Source of the DNA: Eledone cirrhosa
Lineage: Eukaryota
Direction of reading: 5' to 3'
NCBI GenBank assembly: GCA_964016885.1
Contig: OZ024746.1
Coordinates: forward strand, 94,674,001 to 94,738,000
DNA length: 64,000 nucleotides
The notes under the pieces are model-generated. The model did no database searches, was not told the DNA's origin, and was given only the letters and a program-made list of their open reading frames with translations. The translations under genes and the position numbers were made by a program. Shown here in pieces: positions 57,356-64,000 of the stretch; the first letter of the stretch is position 1, and each line of letters opens with the position of its first letter.

Positions 57356-58164
57356 CAGCTACACTCAAGCACAACTATAACACGCACCTTACAACAATTA
57401 TAATACTGACATTGTCATCTAAACCTTACCACCATTGGTTGTCGGCGACACACAGACTTGCTCTCTTTACTTCAGACTAAATCTCCACCACCGCCGCCAC
57501 CACCATCTCCACCACCACCACTACTGCCTCCACTTCCACTGTTTTCACCGCTACCACCACTGCCTCCACTGCCATCTCTAACCCCCCCCCCCCCACCGTC
57601 ACCACCACCACCTCCACTGTTTTCACCACCACTGCCACCACCATCTCCATCACCACCCCCACCACCACCATTTCTGCCGCCACCGCCATCATCGTCACCC
57701 CCAACCATCATCACCTCCACTCCCACCACCATCACCACCTCCAGTCCCACCCCAACCACTAATCCCACCACCATCACCACCTCCACTCCCACCCCAACCA
57801 CTACTCCCACCCAACCACTACTGCCACCCCAACCACCATCACCACCTCCACTCCCACCACAACCACTACTCCCACCACCATCACCTCCCCCTTTTTACCT
57901 GTGTTCCTTTTATCGTGTTTAAATGTTCGTCTAACTCTGTCCCTCCCCTTCTCCCCCTCCTCCTCCTCTACCCCTCCTCCTCTTCTCTCACCCTCCCCTT
58001 CTCTCCTCCTCTTCACCTCACCCTCCTCCCCTTCTACTCCCACCACCACCATCTCTATACCACAGTATATACAACCCAAGTACCAGCGGGAGTGTGCCTG
58101 TTTGGAGAGGGACCTCTACATGGCCACCCTACTTACTAGAAATAGTAGCCAAATGTTTCATCAA

Positions 58165-58778
58165 TCACACACCTTCACACACACCATCACACACACAATC
58201 TCTACACACCTTCACACACACCTTCACACACACACACCTTCACACACTCACACATACACACACATAAACCTTTTCACACACACACCTTCACACACACAAT
58301 CTACACACATTCACACACACACACACACAATCTCTACACACCTTCACATACACACACACACCTTCACACACTCACACATAAACACACATACACCTTTTCA
58401 CACGCACACACCTTCACACACTCACACAATCTACACACATAAACCTTTTCACACACACACCTTCACACACACAATCTACACACATTCACACACACACACA
58501 CAATCTCTACACACCTTCACATACACACATACACCTTTTCACACACACACACCTTCACACACTCACACATACACACACATAAACCTTTTCACACACACAC
58601 CTTCACACACACAATCTACACACATTCACACACACACACACAATCTCTACACACCTTCACATACACACACACACCTTCACATACACACACACACCTTCAC
58701 ACACTCACACATAAACACACATACACCTTTTCACACGCACACACCTTCACACACTCACATACACACACACACACACAC
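58165..58778. repeat. CA-rich compound minisatellite
   Basis: CACACCTTCACA/AATCTCTAC units. Confidence 0.9.
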
Positions 58779-59449
58779 TAATGATAGCTAAGGACACATT
58801 TGGACTGTGAAGTCTTTTACATATCGATGAGATGGTCATATCTGGAAAAGCTTTATTTGAATCGAAGTGGGGGGGGAGGAAACCTGAGTAGGTGTTCGGT
58901 TTACTAGAAATAGCAGCTAAATCTCCCTCAAATCACTCAGAATTCCACATATCGATGAGATGGTCATATCTGGACGAGCTTTATTTGAATCGAAGTGGGG
59001 GAGGAAACCTGAGTAGGTGTTCGGTTTACTAGAAATAGCAGCTAAATCTTCCTCAAATCACTCAGAATTCCGCCTGAAAAACAAAAGAGAGATAAATCTA
59101 AAATTAAAAACAAAAAAAACAACAAAACCTTAAGACACACACAACGTATTCTTAGGTACATAAAATAGACTAGATGGTCACGGATGGATGGCCTTTCATA
59201 ATTGTTTTATTTAATAAGTTCGAACAGAAAGCAAGAACTTGTGTTTGCGGTGGGATTCACTTCAGAGACTCTGGTGGGGGATTCATAGTACCACCCACCC
59301 ATACTGTGAATCATAGGCTGGTCCATACAGGAGGGGTGGACGGGTGCAGGCTGGACAAACGAGGTCAGAAAGGGAGATACACGATAATACCTTATATATA
59401 TAATACCTGTTTTTTTGTTCATTCCTCCTACATACTGATACCATTACCT

Positions 59450-60131
59450 CCACTACTACTACTACTACTGCTGCTTCTACTGCTACTACTGCTACTACTA
59501 CTATTACTACTACTGCTACTACTACTACTGCTGCTACTACTACTACTACTATTACTACTACTGCTACTACTACTACTACTGCTACTACTACTACTACTAT
59601 TACTACTACTACTACTATTACTGCTGCTGCTACTACTACTGCTGCTACTACTACTACTACTACTATTACTACTACTACTACTACTACTGCTGCTGCTACT
59701 ACTACTACTGCTACTACTACTACTACTACTATTACTACTACTACTACTACTACTGCTGCTGCTACTACTACTACTACTGCTGGTGCTACTACTGCTGCTG
59801 CTGCTGCTGCTGGTGCTACTACTACTACTACTGCTACTACTACTACTGCTGCTGCTACTACTACTACTACTGCTGCTGCTGCTACTACTACTACTACTAC
59901 TGCTGCTACTACTACTACTGCTGCTACTACTACTACTGCTGCTGCTGCTACTACTACTACTAAAACTACTACTACCACCATTACTATTACTACTGCTACT
60001 ACTACTACTACTACTACTACTACTATCATTACTACTACTACCACCACCACTACCACTACTGCCACCACCACCACCGCTACTACTACTACTACAACTACAA
60101 CTACTACTAGTACCATCATTACTATTACTAT

Positions 60132-60166
<35 letters not shown>

Positions 60167-60238
60167 TTACAACGACTACTATTACTACTACCACCACTAC
60201 TACTACTATTACTACCACCACTACCACTACTACTACGG

Positions 60239-60304
<66 letters not shown>

Positions 60305-60360
60305 TTACAACGACTACTATTACTACTACTACTACTATACTACTATTACTACTACCACCA

Positions 60361-60412
<52 letters not shown>

Positions 60413-60415
60413 TAC
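59450..60415. repeat. (CTA/CTG/CCA)n microsatellite
   Basis: Direct inspection. Confidence 0.95.
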
Positions 60416-60734
60416 TCTATTCTCTTGCTTCCATTGCTTCCCCTTCCTTTCCTTCTCCTCTCACCTACCTCTATTCCTTCTACCCCTCCATGCCACCCAG
60501 CCTGTCGTCAACCTACCATACCACCCAATCATACTGTAACCACTCTACTCAACCTTCAAGCTACACAACCAACCATCCATATAACCAGTCTGCAATCCAG
60601 AAAACCATTTACCAACCATCCAAATATTCGCATCCAACAGTTATTCTATACAGCTATACAACCAGCCTGCAATCCAGACAACCATTCAACATTCACCAAC
60701 CAGCCAGAAGTCCAACCATCCAACAGTTTTTCAA

Positions 60735-61790
60735 CCAACCATCCAGCTACACAACTAATCATCCAGCTACACAACTAATCATCCAGCTACACAACCAACC
60801 AACCAACCATCCAGCTACACAACTAACCATCCAGCTACACAACCAACCATCCAACTATATAATTAATCATCCAGCTACACAACTAATCATCCAGCTACAC
60901 AACCAACCATACAGCTACACAGCCAACCATACAGCTACACAACCAACCAACTATCCAGCTACACAACCAACCAACTATCCAGCTACACAACTAATCATCC
61001 AGCTACACAACCAACCAACCAACCATCCAACTACACAACTAACCATCCAACTACACAACTAATCATCCAGCTACACAACCAACCATACAGCTACACAACC
61101 AACCAACTATCCAGCTACACAACCAACCAACTATCCAGCTACACAACCAACCAACTATCCAGCTACATAACTAACCATCCAACTACACAACCAACCACCC
61201 AGCTACAAAACTAACCATCCAACTACACAACTAACCATCCAGCGACGCAACCAACCACCCAACTACACAACCCACCATCCATCTAACCTGCCATCCAGCT
61301 ATACAATCCACCATCCGGCTATACAATCCACCATCCAGCTACACAACCAACCATTCATGTAACCAGCCATCCAGCTACACAACTAACCATGCAGCTACAC
61401 AACAAACCATCCAGCTACACAACCAACCATCCAGTTACACAACCAACCATGCAGCTACACAACCAACCATCCAGCTACACAACTAACCATGCAGCTACAC
61501 AACTAACCATCTGGCTACACAACCAACCATGCAGCTACACAACCAACCATCCAGCTACACAACCAACCATCCAGTTACACAACTAACCATCCAACTACAC
61601 AACCAACCATCCAGCTACACAACTAACCATCCAGCTACACAACTAACCATCCAACTACACAACCAACCATCCAGCTACACAACCAACCATCCAGCTACAC
61701 AACCAACCATCCAGCTACACAACCAACTATCGAGCTACACAACCAACTATCCAACTACACAACTAACCATCCAGCTACTCAACCAGCCAG
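60735..61790. repeat. 20-bp minisatellite AACCATCCAGCTACACAAC(C/T)
   Basis: Roughly 50 degenerate tandem copies. Confidence 0.9.
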
Positions 61791-62319
61791 CCATCACCCC
61801 AGGAATCCATTCACCAACCATCCAACATTCCAGCCGCACTGCCAGCAAACTAGGTAGATATCCATCATGCTAAGCAGTTATCCACATGCTCCACATCCAG
61901 TCAGCCAATATACATTACCGAGCACAGGTGAACAAAACCAGTCAACGCCAGCATAACATATCATATACCATCGAAAATTGTCTCTTTCAAAATTAAATAT
62001 ATACAAAAACAAATAACAAAATGTTAATTTAATAAATAAGCATACAAACAAAAACACATAAAGCTATAAACTTGCATACGTATGTATATTTATATATACA
62101 TGTATATATTAAACTATGGATATATTAAACTATGGATATATTAAACTATGGATATATTAAACTATGGATATATTAAACTATGACCAAAAGTTTATATGGT
62201 TCGTTGATTATTCATCGAATTCATTTTTACAACAAATTAGAAGTCGAATAACCAATTTCTTGTGTTTTATCTGATGAAAGCGTACTCAAAAACTACTGTA
62301 CTCTTGAAATATATATAAT

Positions 62320-62490
62320 TGTTTCTAGTTTTGGCACAAGGCCAGCAAATACTCTGCATTACTGGTACTTTATTTAATCGACCCCGTAAGGATGAAAGCC
62401 AAAGTTAACCTCAGCGGGATTTGAACTCAGAATGGCAAGGGCCGTAACTTAAACGCATGGCGTCCGACCCTCTACCGATACTGCCAATCC
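62320..62490 (-). mobile_element. SINE family A inserted into an HHR (62265-62319)
   Basis: 14-bp TSD GAAATATATATAAT at 62306-62319 / 62491-62504. Confidence 0.85.
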
Positions 62491-62748
62491 GAAATATATA
62501 TAATAAAATATATACTTTGGTTATGTGAAAGTATTTCTCATTTATGAATATTTTGAATATATATTAACCTATGCATATATTAAATTATGTATATATTAAA
62601 CTAAGGCTAACTAGTGAGTTTAGTTACTCTGGATTCGCCTGCTTCATCTGATGAATATTATAAATTCTATTCCATTGTTATTAAGTACTCTTTTCTCCCA
62701 GCCGTCAACCTCATATGGTATATATATATATATATATATATATATACG

Positions 62749-62779
<31 letters not shown>

Positions 62780-62781
62780 CG

Positions 62782-62833
<52 letters not shown>

Positions 62834-62879
62834 CGTTTCTGAATTTGTTATATAACAATAGCACTAGTATACATAAAGC

Positions 62880-64000
62880 AGCAGTCTGGAACTCTACTTT
62901 TTATAATCCCTCCGATAATTCGTTCGACCTGCGATGAGTCCACGCCTACAACTTTAGCTTTTAACAAACGCACGCAATTGCCGTCGCAGGTCGATGAAAA
63001 AACAGAAGCACAATTTAATATAGCTAGATCTAAACTTAGAAATATTATAGAACAGTATAGCAAGAAGCATAATAGAATGGAGGCCCAGCAACTGGCTTGC
63101 GTAAGCTCATGCAACGCTCGCGTAATGGAGAGATAGCATGCTTTCCAACAGACAAGTCTGGCAGAATGTCGGTTGACAGTCTGCCAAACTACATCCAGGC
63201 AATGCAACCCCACATCACTAACACAAGAGAAGTAACACCACAAGAGCATGAGGATAGAGAAAAAGCCCTCAATGCCCATATGATGATGTGGACAAATATA
63301 ATGCAGCCCAACAAAAGGACTGCCAACAACTTCTAGGCCTGGAACAATGACGTCCCAGCGTTGTATGGGCTTCGAAAAGACCATAAAACGAGCAGTGACC
63401 CTGTCACAGGACCACCAACACGGCCAGTCTGTGGAGCTAACATTGCTAGTAACTACAGACTGTCCTACTTCCTCTCCCTGATCATACGCCCCATCATTGA
63501 AATGTCCCCAGATGTATGTGACAGCACGGAGGACCTCCTCAGCAGAATCGGCGAGAGTAACCGATCTAGGTACCTAACAAACAACATAATAGTTAGTATG
63601 GATGTTGTGTCGCTGTATCCATCTATTGACGTGGATTTTGCTGTGGAGAAATGCGTAGAAATGATCAGTGAGAGCAATGTTGAATTCCGTGGGATTGATA
63701 CCAGTGAGCTGGGACTCCTACTTAAACTTACCTATAGTAATAATTATCTAGACACATATGACCTTAGCAACCTGTGCCCTACAATGCCAGCAAGAGGCAG
63801 ACCACCTACCATTACCTCAATGGCCAAGAAAACCCACACAGATAGATGGAACGGGTGGACCAGAGCCATACGGACCCCCGAAAACCACGATGAACTAAAG
63901 AAAATGATTGCACATGCGGTGGGGGCCAGCATAAAATTAACCCTTAAGGAACATATGTTCAAATTTAATGGAAAAACATATGCCCAAGAGGAGGGAGCAG
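62880..64000 (+). pseudogene. Penelope-like element reverse transcriptase, disabled, continues beyond window
   Basis: GEIACFPTDKSGRM...NF*AWNNDVPALYGLRKDHK..PPTRPVCGA..CDSTEDLL..IVSMDVVSLYPSID...EHMFKFNGKTYAQEEG; in-frame TGA (62935) and TAG (63334) plus upstream frameshifts. Confidence 0.85.

Noticed and set aside
58820-59071. ~125-bp tandem duplication as LTRs
   Set aside because: Adjacent copies with no interior or TSD; simple local duplication
59174-61873. 534-aa poly-Leu ORF and QLHNQP repeat ORFs
   Set aside because: Translations of (CTA)n and a 20-bp minisatellite whose period is not a multiple of 3
62935-62937. Selenocysteine recoding of in-frame TGA in the PLE ORF (as reported for some Naiad elements)
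   Set aside because: Context fits CGA>TGA decay; a TAG and frameshifts are also present

Overview
AT-rich, microsatellite-dense eukaryotic non-coding DNA. The repeat content ((TA)n/(CA)n arrays, tRNA-derived SINEs, RTE/Tx1/CRE LINE remnants) suggests a coleoid cephalopod such as Octopus (inference). I could not support any host protein-coding exon, and nearly all ORF-track entries are translations of microsatellites or decayed retroelements. Solid features are an intact tRNA-Ser(TGA) gene (45834-45915, minus), a disabled Penelope-like element (PLE) reverse transcriptase running off the right end, a hAT-type MITE with an 8-bp TSD, many SINEs and LINE 3' fragments. The main signal is about 20 minimal type I hammerhead ribozyme (HHR) motifs, full or partial, from at least 8 sequence families. 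They sit in short non-coding modules embedded in or next to (TA)n tracts, many arranged as fold-back palindromes with a one-sided 3' tail. In several of them the inversion junction falls within or beside the ribozyme. This points to a diverse population of HHR-bearing, PLE-mobilised mini-elements. All folds and alignments were done by eye; boundaries of degenerate repeats are approximate.
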